Below are positions 8,818 to 17,219 of a DNA stretch of 24,000 bases, one piece after another. The position numbers and the translations under genes are program-made. The DNA is from an uncultured Verrucomicrobiae bacterium. GTDB lineage: Bacteria > Verrucomicrobiota > Verrucomicrobiia > Chthoniobacterales > Terrimicrobiaceae. The stretch lies in assembly GCA_963820865.1 (NCBI GenBank), contig CAWGBZ010000005.1, positions 42,867 through 66,866 on the forward strand, read 5' to 3'. The notes below the pieces were generated by a model that was given only the letters and a program-made list of their open reading frames with translations, made no database searches and was not told the DNA's origin. The number at the start of each line of letters is the position of its first letter. Positions within the stretch are counted from its first letter, which is position 1.

Positions 8818-9233
8818 CTGAGCAGGAGGTTGCCAATCACTGGAATGGTCCGGCGGTAGATAAAAAGGAGGATTGCCGAGCAGACAGCCACGGCCACCGC
8901 CAACCCGAAGAGCAGACCGTGGTCGCCCTGCACTTCGATCCCGAGCACACTAAGATGACTGAGAATAGCACCGCCAATCACGCCGAGAGCCAGCCCGGCT
9001 CCAAGCCAGGTCAGACCCGGCACGAACAACAAGATCGCCGCAATTAGTTCCACGATTCCCGATCCGATGCGACCCCATGGCTCGATGCCAACCTTGGTGA
9101 AGATATAGACGGATTCCGGCGCCGCAGAGAATTTGAAGAAGAGCGTCTGCAGCAAAATCGTGGCTGCAACGATTCGGCAAATCCATGCAACGACCACTTC
9201 GGTTTTGGTAAGTTCGTTCATAGGCTTTTCCAT
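8814..9233 (-). CDS. DoxX-family integral membrane protein
   Basis: 139 aa with 4 TM helices: ICRIVAATILLQTLFFKFS..., GSGIVELIAAILLFVPGLTWLGAGLALGVIGGAILSHL. This is a DoxX-like pattern. Confidence 0.7.
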   Translation of the reverse strand: MEKPMNELTKTEVVVAWICRIVAATILLQTLFFKFSAAPESVYIFTKVGIEPWGRIGSGIVELIAAILLFVPGLTWLGAGLALGVIGGAILSHLSVLGIEVQGDHGLLFGLAVAVAVCSAILLFIYRRTIPVIGNLLLR

Positions 9234-9407
9234 TCGTCGAGCGCCTCACGCTTTCCTTACAGGCGCGCCACGGAGGATCACCCGCTGCAGAGAAAATCTC
9301 GACACGCGCTCAGTCGCATGTGTCGCAACGCGACCAACCTCGTCGACACTGCTCCGGCCCGAATTCGCAAGATATTGAGTATTCGTATCTTATACGCTGC
9401 ACGACAT

Positions 9408-9422
9408 TGGCACGGGAACTGC
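9408..9422 (+). promoter_or_regulatory. candidate sigma-54 (-24/-12) promoter upstream of the isochorismatase-family gene
   Basis: TGGCACgggaacTGC matches the TGGCAC-N5-TTGC consensus at 14 of 15 defined/spacing positions. It lies 65 nt upstream of the ATG at 9487 in the correct orientation. Confidence 0.3.
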
Positions 9423-9486
9423 GCACCTACCCGCACGCCCGAGCCGCGAACCTGAGTCACGGCCGGCAAACCCTACCCGTACTCCG

Positions 9487-10200
9487 ATGCAAGATGTAAT
9501 TACGAACAACACGAGCGTGACTCGATACGTGGAAGCGAATCCTTATCCCTGGCCCTATGATGGCGATCTGCGTCCGGAGATCACTGCCGTGATCGTCATC
9601 GACATGCAAACCGACTTCTGTGGCAAGGGAGGATACGTGGACAGCATGGGCTACGACCTCTCCCTAACCCAGGCACCCATCGAACCGATCAAGCGTGTCC
9701 TCAAGGCGGCTCGCGAGGAGTCATTTCAAATTTTTCATACGCGCGAAGGGCATCGACCCGACCTTGCCGATCTCCCGGCGAACAAGCAATGGCGCAGCCG
9801 GCGCATCGGAGCAGGCATCGGCGACCCAGGACCGTGCGGTCGGATCCTCACCCGCGGCGAACCTGGCTGGGAAATCATTCCCGATCTCGCTCCGGCACCC
9901 GGGGAGAGCATCATCGACAAGCCGGGAAAGGGCTCGTTCTATGGAACGGACCTCGACATGCTTTTACGCCAAAGAGGTATCCGAAACATCGTCCTCACAG
10001 GCATTACCACGGACGTCTGCGTGCACACTACCATGCGTGAAGCCAATGATCGGGGCTACGAGTGCCTGATCCTCTCCGATTGCACCGCAGCCACGGACCC
10101 CGGCAATCACGCCGCTGCGCTCAAGATGGTGACCATGCAGGGAGGCGTCTTCGGCGCCGTGGCCGACTCGAACGCATTCATAAAAGCCATTACCGCCTGA
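9487..10200 (+). CDS. isochorismatase-family cysteine hydrolase (amidohydrolase of the RutB / N-carbamoylsarcosine amidase / biuret hydrolase type)
   Basis: D-K-C triad context: [45 protein letters not shown]. The protein is 237 aa. Confidence 0.85.
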   Translation: MQDVITNNTSVTRYVEANPYPWPYDGDLRPEITAVIVIDMQTDFCGKGGYVDSMGYDLSLTQAPIEPIKRVLKAAREESFQIFHTREGHRPDLADLPANKQWRSRRIGAGIGDPGPCGRILTRGEPGWEIIPDLAPAPGESIIDKPGKGSFYGTDLDMLLRQRGIRNIVLTGITTDVCVHTTMREANDRGYECLILSDCTAATDPGNHAAALKMVTMQGGVFGAVADSNAFIKAITA

Positions 10201-10212
10201 GGCATCACCGGG

Positions 10213-10231
10213 AACTCGCACACTGCGAGTT
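10213..10231. terminator. perfect 8-bp hairpin (AACTCGCA-cac-TGCGAGTT) between convergent genes; possible terminator without a U-tract
   Basis: Read directly from the sequence. It lies 13 nt after the TGA of the hydrolase gene. No T-run follows on either strand. Confidence 0.3.
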
Positions 10232-10352
10232 GACGGCCTATTGCGTCCGCCTGCGATTCCGACGCTCCTCGCGCTTTCCAAAGCGCAATTTGCTCGTCTT
10301 CCCGGCGAGCTAGCTTCCAACGCCGCCCCCCACGGCGGTCATCCCGAACGTC

Positions 10353-10481
10353 CTACTCGTCGTAAGGCCTGGTGGATTCTTCCAGCTTGCTCCCGTTAAG
10401 GGCGATAAGTCCGATGAAGGCTGCGCTGATGATGATCAGGCAAAGAACGACCGAGCCTACGACGACGACAGGATGTTTCAT
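10353..10481 (-). CDS. 42-aa single-pass membrane mini-protein (hypothetical)
   Basis: Own translation: MKHPVVVVGSVVLCLIIISAAFIGLIALNGSKLEESTRPYDE. It is co-directional with, and 64 nt downstream of, the DUF1223 gene. Confidence 0.35.
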   Translation of the reverse strand: MKHPVVVVGSVVLCLIIISAAFIGLIALNGSKLEESTRPYDE

Positions 10482-10545
10482 ACGGCCGAACTATGGACTA
10501 AGGTTCGGCTCGCTGCAAAGACTGACGACTCCGGATGTCTCACGG

Positions 10546-11304
10546 TCAAGGAATCCATCCACCTGCGGCTTGAATCGGAGCCAGGCTTTTCGCGGGTCTC
10601 ACCCAGGCCGCCAAACCCGCGACGGGAACAGTCGCATCTGGCAAGACCAACTGCGCAACGTAGACACCATCGGCCTCGGGTTGCAGTTCGCCCGAGACGA
10701 GAGCCAAGGCCACAAACTCATGGTGAAGTTCTCGCCCGGCATTCTCCCCGCGGCGAACAGCGGTCCGCTGATCAGCAGCCAAGGCGACCACCTCCGCAAT
10801 CAGCGGTTCACGCCATTCGCGAGACGCGGCGAAGGACACTACCAACGTCCCGTCCTCTCTTGCGCTGACCCGCAGTCTTCCTGGCGTCTCGCTCGACGCA
10901 GATGGGAAGCCTCGCGCGGGGCGCCACTCTTCTCCGTTCAGGACGAAGGCCGGCGTATAGACTGTGCTCGCGTTCCAATTCTCGGCGTAGGTGCGCTGAC
11001 GCTGCGTGAACTCCGGCAGTGCAAACCTGTCAACCCAGCCGAGACGGTCCCAGTAGTCCACATGAAACGCAACCGGCACAAACCGCTTCCAAAGGGCGGG
11101 GTTATCCTTCAAGGAAGTGAGCCATGCCTCAGCCGGCGGGCAACTGCTGCACCCTTCGGAGGTGAAGAGTTCGACCAGCGCCACCTTCGTATCCGGGCTT
11201 TCGAGAGTGAACGCTCGATTTGCTCCGGGCAGGTTCGAAGAAGCCGTCATGATCACGAAGAGAGCGACCCCAATCAGCCGCGCGCACATTGAACGGAATA
11301 ACAT
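10546..11304 (-). CDS. DUF1223-domain protein (secreted thioredoxin-fold protein)
   Basis: Signal-like N-terminus, then the family hallmark VALVELFTSEGCSSCPPAEAWL and HVDYWDRLGW. Confidence 0.8.
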   Translation of the reverse strand: MLFRSMCARLIGVALFVIMTASSNLPGANRAFTLESPDTKVALVELFTSEGCSSCPPAEAWLTSLKDNPALWKRFVPVAFHVDYWDRLGWVDRFALPEFTQRQRTYAENWNASTVYTPAFVLNGEEWRPARGFPSASSETPGRLRVSAREDGTLVVSFAASREWREPLIAEVVALAADQRTAVRRGENAGRELHHEFVALALVSGELQPEADGVYVAQLVLPDATVPVAGLAAWVRPAKSLAPIQAAGGWIP

Positions 11305-11397
11305 GGTCTTTGTGAATATCTCGAAGATCGCCCGTTTTGAATCCGCCGCAACCTGATCCCCTTATTCCGCGCGCCGGCGGCATATCAAGGCCGCGCG

Positions 11398-11847
11398 TTA
11401 CTTGCCCTTCTTCTCGATGATTGAAGGCCAATTGGCGTCAGCCTTCCTCAGGTTTCCCTCGGTGTCAGCGCTAAAATCCTTGCGAACCTTAAGACTATAC
11501 TGAAGCAACAAACGTCCGTTCACGATCTGAAAGGCATTCGGATCGACGGGCGCCGTGTAACCGCGCGAAACTGCCCACGCACAGAATCCGCCGAACTGCG
11601 GTTCATACTTGGCCGGATTCGTGTCAAAAGCCGCCTTGTTCTCGGCAGACGCGAAATAATAGATGACGCCGTCGGCCTTGCTCTGAAATTGCGCGTCGCC
11701 TCTCACCGCTTTGTCTTGTGTGAAGTAAGCCACGGGATCGTACCCCTTAATGCCCACGCCGCTCCGGTCAACATTGAGCAGGGATTTGGCGGAGGCTGCC
11801 GAGATCATGGCGAGAGCTAGAATTGCTGTCAGGGCGATATTTCTCAT
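11398..11847 (-). CDS. YHS-domain-like periplasmic protein (Cys form of the family annotated as YHS domain-containing (seleno)protein)
   Basis: Signal peptide MRNIALTAILALAMISAASA, then GIKGYDPVAYF..., YYFASAENKAAFDTNPAKYEPQFGGFCAWAV. Confidence 0.7.
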   Translation of the reverse strand: MRNIALTAILALAMISAASAKSLLNVDRSGVGIKGYDPVAYFTQDKAVRGDAQFQSKADGVIYYFASAENKAAFDTNPAKYEPQFGGFCAWAVSRGYTAPVDPNAFQIVNGRLLLQYSLKVRKDFSADTEGNLRKADANWPSIIEKKGK

Positions 11848-12134
11848 GATGTGATGCGATTGTTACCTCCTCAGTCGCGCGGAGGCCGGATTCCTTACGC
11901 CAAATGCTTTCCTGACAGAGCATCCGAGGACGCGCCTCTGTGCGAGGAGACGAGGCGCAGACGTGGGCGCTTGGGCCAACCGCCTGGCCGAAGTTTCGTA
12001 GTTTGGAAGGGTTTGTCGTTCTCTCGGCAATATTTGAGGTCCCACAGAGGGAGTAGAGGTCAGCGGGCGCGATGAAGCCGTGTGTGCGGACCCAACCTGT
12101 AGACGAGCAAGGCTTGGGATGAGAAAATGGCGGC

Positions 12135-12455
12135 ATGTTCCTGAAGCGGGAAGTCCGACGCAAAGATGGCAAGGAGCATGTCTATTATTATCTTGGCCGG
12201 GATCGGTCGATACAGCGGCGGCTGCTCAACCTGGGAGAGCCCAACGCCACGCAGATCGATCGCTGGCAGCGCTCCATCGAAGCCATCGAAAAGTTAACGA
12301 AAATCGACCTTTTATCAGTAACTTACGTGAAAGTTGGGAGGGCGAGGGGAGAAGAAAGGAGCCGAGGGGAACAGAACATGAATTGCGCGTCGCTCGCATC
12401 AAACAGAACACCTGTCGCCCGTCTCGATCACTGGCCTTTCTTCACTGTTGATTGA
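12135..12455 (+). mobile_element. IS1634-family (IS4 superfamily) transposase N-terminal stub - remnant of an insertion sequence
   Basis: MFLKREVRRKDGKEHVYYYL...RRLLNLGEPNATQIDRWQRSIEAIE matches the characteristic IS1634 transposase N-terminus as I remember it (MFLRR..RKDGKEH.YW...LYLGE.N..Q...W..SIE). Homology ends after about 55 aa, and the remaining roughly 500 aa of a transposase are absent. Confidence 0.6.
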
Positions 12456-12561
12456 AGCGGTCGTTGTCCGCCGGCCTTCTTGGGGTTTCAGAGGTTTTGC
12501 CAATTCCCAAATGGGGGTCGCGTTAAAGAATGGAAGACGTCCAACAACTGTAGGTGGGAAC

Positions 12562-13135
12562 CTACTTCGACGCCGATATGTAGATTCCTCGCCAGTCGGC
12601 GGGAGGCGGCACTTGCAAAAAGGCCTTGCACCGTTCGATCAAGACGGCGCTCGGAGGGTCGCTCGCGTTCTCCTGCAGGACGTTTGAGCGCGCCCTCGAA
12701 ATTTCCGGCTGCATACGCTGCGAATGCAGTCTCGTAAAGGGATACCACGTGGTAGCAGTGCTCCAAAGCGCCCTTCGTTCCAAGTAATTCGTAAATCGTA
12801 ATCGGGTCACTCTTTCCCTTCACCGCCACGACATCCAGAAATCGAAAATCGAAAGCCTGATTTCCGCGATCGACGATCGTATGGCTGGCGATGATCGACG
12901 TTCCGTATGTTTGGTTGAGTCCTCCGAGTCGTGAGGCGAGATTAATCGCATCCCTTGCGTGAACTGATCATCTTTCTTGATTCCGTGGAAGGCTGCGGCG
13001 CAGACCCGAATTGGATGCGGTCTGCACGCTGGCCAACGGAAAAAACCGTTGTGATCCCTTCGGGGAAATTCTTACGCCCGTCGACCACCTCGATCAAAAT
13101 GCCTTCCATTCCTCGGTTGCGCAGCTCGTTGACGC
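12562..13135 (-). pseudogene. class III adenylate/guanylate cyclase, truncated at the N-terminus and carrying several frameshifts
   Basis: Pieces found by hand in three minus-strand frames:
- RVNELRNRGMEGILIEVVDGRKNFPEGITTVF (degenerate).
- FHGIKKDDQFT.
- DAINLASRLGGLNQTYGTSIIASHTIVDRGNQAFDFRFLDVVAVKGKSDPITIYELLG (canonical CHD C-terminus).
- YETAFAAYAAGNFEGAL.
- After another shift, ENASDPPSAVLIERCKAFLQVPPPADWRGIY, with the stop at 12562.
The first metal-binding strand (F.DI.GFT) is missing. Confidence 0.7.
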
Positions 13136-13216
13136 GTCAACGACGGGCTGCTGATTTCTTTAGCGCAAATTTTCCGTTTTATTGCTACTGGTAGTCGGAA
13201 CTGGGGATCGTGCAGT

Positions 13217-14233
13217 ATGGAAATTATCTGTGCGGGAAATCTCGTTGCCGACATCTTTGCCTACCCCATCGCTGCTTTGCCGGCCGCGGGGCAGTTGAGT
13301 CTGACGCAGTGCCTCCTGTTCGGTGCTGGTGGATGTGCCACCAATACGGCTGCGTGTCTCCGCAGGTTGGGAAGGCCAGCAAAAGTTCTGGGAAAGGTTG
13401 GGGACGATGTCTTCGGGAATTTGGTGATCGAGGATCTCAAGCGATTGGGGATTGATGCTTCAGGCGTCCAGCGCAGTCGAACGCATCCGACCTCAGGGAC
13501 TGTGATCATCAACGTCATCGGAGAAGAGCGGCGGTACATCCATTGCATCGGGGCAAACGCCGATTTTTCTTTTTCGGATATCGATTGTTTGGCGTTGAAC
13601 GGAGCAAAAGCCCTCTATCTTGGAGGGTACATGGCGATGCCGCGGTTCGGCGCTGAAGACCTCGCCCAGCTGTTCCGCGAGGCCAAAAAGCGATCCCTCA
13701 CGACCATTCTCGACGTTGTGATCCCCTCGGGCCAGTCCATTCCTGGCGAGGAAGTAGCGGCGATGTTGGCTTACACCGATGTCTTTCTGCCCAATGATGA
13801 CGAAGCCTGTGCACTGACCGGACTGCGCGAACCCCGGGCGCAAGCAGGCTATCTCGGCCGAATGAATCCCGACTGCTGCGTGGTGGTCACTCAGGGGCGT
13901 CGGGGCGCTTTGGCGCAGCGGAAAGACGAAGTGATTCAGGTCGGAAGCTACGCCGTGGAAGCCATTGACGAATCTGGTTCCGGCGACGCGTTCGCAGCTG
14001 GGTTCATTACGGGCGTGCTCCAGGGTTGGTCGCTGGAAGACACACTGCGTTTTGCGAGCGCCGTGGGCGCCTCCTGCACCAGAGCTCTAGGGTGCACGGA
14101 CGGGGTCTTTCGGTTCGACGAAGCTCTGACGTTCGTGTCAGAGAATTCACTCCCGGTAGAGAAGTCGCCCGCGAAAAGTGAGCCTCAATCCCCTTCGGGT
14201 GTCGGTGCCGCGATTAATGTGACGGAAACATAA
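13217..14233 (+). CDS. PfkB-family carbohydrate kinase (ribokinase-like)
   Basis: GAGGCATNTAACL (GG motif), the ATP/anion-hole signature AIDESGSGDAFAAGFITG, and NDDEA. The protein is 338 aa. Confidence 0.85.
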   Translation: MEIICAGNLVADIFAYPIAALPAAGQLSLTQCLLFGAGGCATNTAACLRRLGRPAKVLGKVGDDVFGNLVIEDLKRLGIDASGVQRSRTHPTSGTVIINVIGEERRYIHCIGANADFSFSDIDCLALNGAKALYLGGYMAMPRFGAEDLAQLFREAKKRSLTTILDVVIPSGQSIPGEEVAAMLAYTDVFLPNDDEACALTGLREPRAQAGYLGRMNPDCCVVVTQGRRGALAQRKDEVIQVGSYAVEAIDESGSGDAFAAGFITGVLQGWSLEDTLRFASAVGASCTRALGCTDGVFRFDEALTFVSENSLPVEKSPAKSEPQSPSGVGAAINVTET

Positions 14234-14791
14234 CCGGCGTCGCTCGCTAGGAGCTTGTTCAGTTACTTCATTGCGTGAACCGCCGAGTTCCTCCATCGCC
14301 TGATTACGTTCTTCGCGCCGCACACGGATTTCGGGGGCTCCGGCAACTGCCGGGCGGGAACGAGTGCACCGTCGCGGCTCTCCACCCCTTTCCGTCTGGT
14401 TGAATCGAGTGGGAAACAACTATCAATTTCTCAATCAAAACACGTTACGGCGCATCATGCCTGTAACGCAAGGTCCCGAGAATCCCGTGGACATGAATCA
14501 AGACTCCGCATTCCAACTTCGCATGGGTGCGCCCGAGAGAATGTTGATGACGTTTGACGGGCCTCGGCGCCGGGCTCCGGGCGATCTTTGAAGCTCGTCA
14601 TCCGGACTCGACTAAATATTGGGCCAAGGCCGTGGAGGGATACCCTACCATAAGCGACCTTTGCGATGTCATGGCGCGGCGCGTGCCATCACGGAACTCG
14701 ACGCAACTTGCCTCGTGGAGAATCCGTTTAAGTTGCACTTAATCGAAATATTGCGCCCGGCCTCTGCGGGACCAGCCGGACGCACCGACCG

Positions 14792-16515
14792 TCATTCCGC
14801 GGCTTCGCGTCCGGCCATGGCCAACTGGGCGCGGAGCACGTCGTGTAGCGTCACAACCGCCAGTGGTCTGCCGCCTTCGCGATCGGTGATCACGACCATC
14901 GCTTCGTCCGATTCGATGAGCAATGTTTGCACCTCACGAAGGAGTTGCCCGGGACGGACAGAGGTCGCGCGACTGAGTCTGGGTGCCCGCCCCTCCTTGA
15001 GCGCGATCTCGATCTCCGCCCGAGTGAGAATTCCCGTCAATGCGCTGTCGTTGACCACCGGAAAGCGCTGGAAGGGATTCTCAAGAGCCGTCCGAAGCGC
15101 CTCCGGTTCGAGACCGTCCACCATGGCGGGTTCGAAGCGGGCGATCGCTGAGATCGGGAGGTTTTGCCAGGCATGGATGTCACGTGGCGGAACAATGTGC
15201 TCCATTCGATAGCCATCCTGGAGCAGGGCGGTTTCATAGAAATTCGCGTGGACCACCTTCCGGGCCACCACCTGGCTAATGAGACCCGCCAGCATCAGGC
15301 CCGGCACGAGCGAGAACTGATGCGTCATTTCAAAGATGATCAGGATCGCTGTGACCGGCGCCTGAACGACCGCTCCCAGGCACGCGCTCATCCCTCCGAC
15401 GGCCAGCAGGATGCGATCCGAAGGACTCAGCGCCAGCGCTTGGCCGAACCACCCTGTCAGCATGGTTCCACACATGGCTCCAAAGAACAAACAGGGCGAA
15501 AAAATGCCGCCGCACCCGCCCGAGCTGTAGCAGGCCACAGTCGCCAACCACTTGGCCAGCAGAAGCACTCCCGCGACCTGCCAAACGAGCCCATCACTCA
15601 AAGCATGGGAGAGATCCGTATAGCCGATGCCGAAGACACCCAACTTTCCCGTGAGGGCAAACGCCGTCATCCCCAAGACCCAGGTCACCAGCGCTCCGAA
15701 AACCGGACGCACCTCGGTGGGGCCGAGGCGCGCTTTCCGAATTCGCCCGCGCATGCTCAGGGTGACTTGCTGAAATCCCACTCCAATCAGCGCTGCCAGA
15801 GTGGCTACCAGCGGCATCAAGAGATAAGCTCGCCAGGTGGGCTCCTCAATCCAAGGCAACTGGAACGCCGGATCAGGCCCCAGAATCGCATGCACGGTAA
15901 AGGCACCGATCACAGCCGCCACCAGCACCGGACCCAAAAAGCGACTATTCAGGTCCTCGAGGATCTCTTCAAGAACGAAGGCCACCCCCGCCAAAGGGGC
16001 ATTGAATGCGGCCGCCAGGGCGGCGGCGGACCCCGCCGCCACGGCGGAACGCTTCCCCTGCTTGGAAACCCCGAGCATCCCGGCGATGGTTGACCCGAGA
16101 TTTCCACCAATCTGCACGCTCGGACCTTCCCGACCCAAACTCAGCCCTGCCCCAATGCCAACGACACCCGCGACGAATTTCACCAGGCCGATGTGGGGCG
16201 GCGTGTGGCCGAAGTCTTTCCAGAAGGCCAGCTTCAACTGCGGATGCCGCTGCCCGCGGCTTCGGGACACAGACGATTCAACAAGACACCAGTAAATAAG
16301 GCCGCCCCGCAAATGATCGCCAGCGACCCCAGGGCAAAGGCACCTGCCGACGACCAGTGGGACTCGTTGTAGATGAGCCGCGCCAGAGCATCAATGCCGG
16401 CCTGAAAAGCGACTGCCGCCAACCCGGCTGCCAAGCCCACGATACAGGTCTCGATGAGCGTGCGACCTTCACGAGGCAATCTGCCAAGAAGGCCGATCAG
16501 TTTCGCCCGCATCAA
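14792..16515 (-). pseudogene. ClC chloride channel / Cl-/H+ antiporter with a C-terminal CBS pair; split into two ORFs by a 1-nt deletion (or a base-calling error)
   Basis: ORF 16234..16515 ends ...CPEAAGSGIRS*. ORF 14792..16312 continues in another frame as ...PQLKLAFWKDFG. Restoring one C in ATC(C)CG (+ strand gg at 16242-16243) gives the canonical GSGIPQ. Also present are GREGP (LSLGREGPSVQIG), GGIFSP and C-terminal CBS-like repeats. Confidence 0.8.
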
Positions 16516-16600
16516 TCAATTGTGAAGCGTGCGCGGATTGACGACAACGGATTATTTGGCTGGCGTAGCGTCCCGGTCCCGTCTCGCCCGGTTCATTCTG

Positions 16601-17122
16601 CTACGGGTGGATGCTCCCGGGCACATAGCCGGTTGCATCGCTCCGCCGCTTCGCGGCCAACACTCGAAAGACCACATAGTGGCTCACCAACAAGCTGGGG
16701 ACCCAAAAAGCGGGAATCCAGTAAGCCGCCCCCATATATGCCTGCGCATGATAGATGTTCGCCAAGACGATCGCTATCACGAGATCCAGTGTTCCGAAGA
16801 TATTAAACACCCACAAGAGACCCTTCGCCGAATCAAAATCCCGACGGACCAGCGGTATCGCCAGGAACGCCAGAACCGCCGCCACCAAATCGCCCACTGC
16901 CGCCGGCAAGGCAAATTGGGCCGGCATCCCCGGAAAGACCGCACCGCTCGCCAGAAACATGAGACCAAGGTGCCGTTGGGAATGAAGCAGCAGGATCGGG
17001 ACCAGGATGGTCTGCGGACTCCATTCCTTAATTCGCGGAAGCACATAGAGCCTGGCCACCGTCGCAAAGATCAGCGTGCCACCCGCCAGATTCACGGTCA
17101 GCGCCTGCTCGTCGAATCCCAC
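16601..17122 (-). CDS. hypothetical polytopic membrane protein (about 5 TM)
   Basis: GTG-initiated 173-aa ORF that is strongly hydrophobic (LVPILLLHSQRHLGLMFLASGAVFPG, LPAAVGDLVAAVLAFLAIPLV, LLWVFNIFGTLDLVIAIVLA, AAYWIPAFWVPSLLVSHYVVF). I recognise no family. Confidence 0.5.
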   Translation of the reverse strand: MGFDEQALTVNLAGGTLIFATVARLYVLPRIKEWSPQTILVPILLLHSQRHLGLMFLASGAVFPGMPAQFALPAAVGDLVAAVLAFLAIPLVRRDFDSAKGLLWVFNIFGTLDLVIAIVLANIYHAQAYMGAAYWIPAFWVPSLLVSHYVVFRVLAAKRRSDATGYVPGSIHP

Positions 17123-17219
17123 AAGCCCACCTTAATAGATCACTTTGAAGTCCGGCGGCGCGGGCATGGGTGCCGTTTGTCAGATGTGCGCATGGCCGCG
17201 AGCATCCGGCCCTCGAGCG

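Noticed and set aside
14364-14791. Fragmentary plus-strand ORF pieces in three frames (MPVTQGPENPVDMNQDSAFQLRMGAPERMLMTFDG / GLGAGLRAIFEARHPDSTKYWAKAVEGYPTISDLCDVMARR / AITELDATCLVENPFKLH) in the 560-nt gap between the PfkB and ClC genes. YWAKAVEGYPTISDL loosely resembles the Y..rF...FPT..dL segment of HhH-GPD glycosylases.
   Set aside because: The match is too short and too fragmented to call. It could be a decayed gene or chance. No feature is reported.
16516-16600. A possible fluoride (crcB-motif) riboswitch or other leader upstream of the ClC gene.
   Set aside because: I looked for the conserved crcB-motif core elements on the minus strand and found nothing resembling them. This ClC also has the canonical GSGIPQ/GREGP chloride-type motifs rather than ClC-F features.
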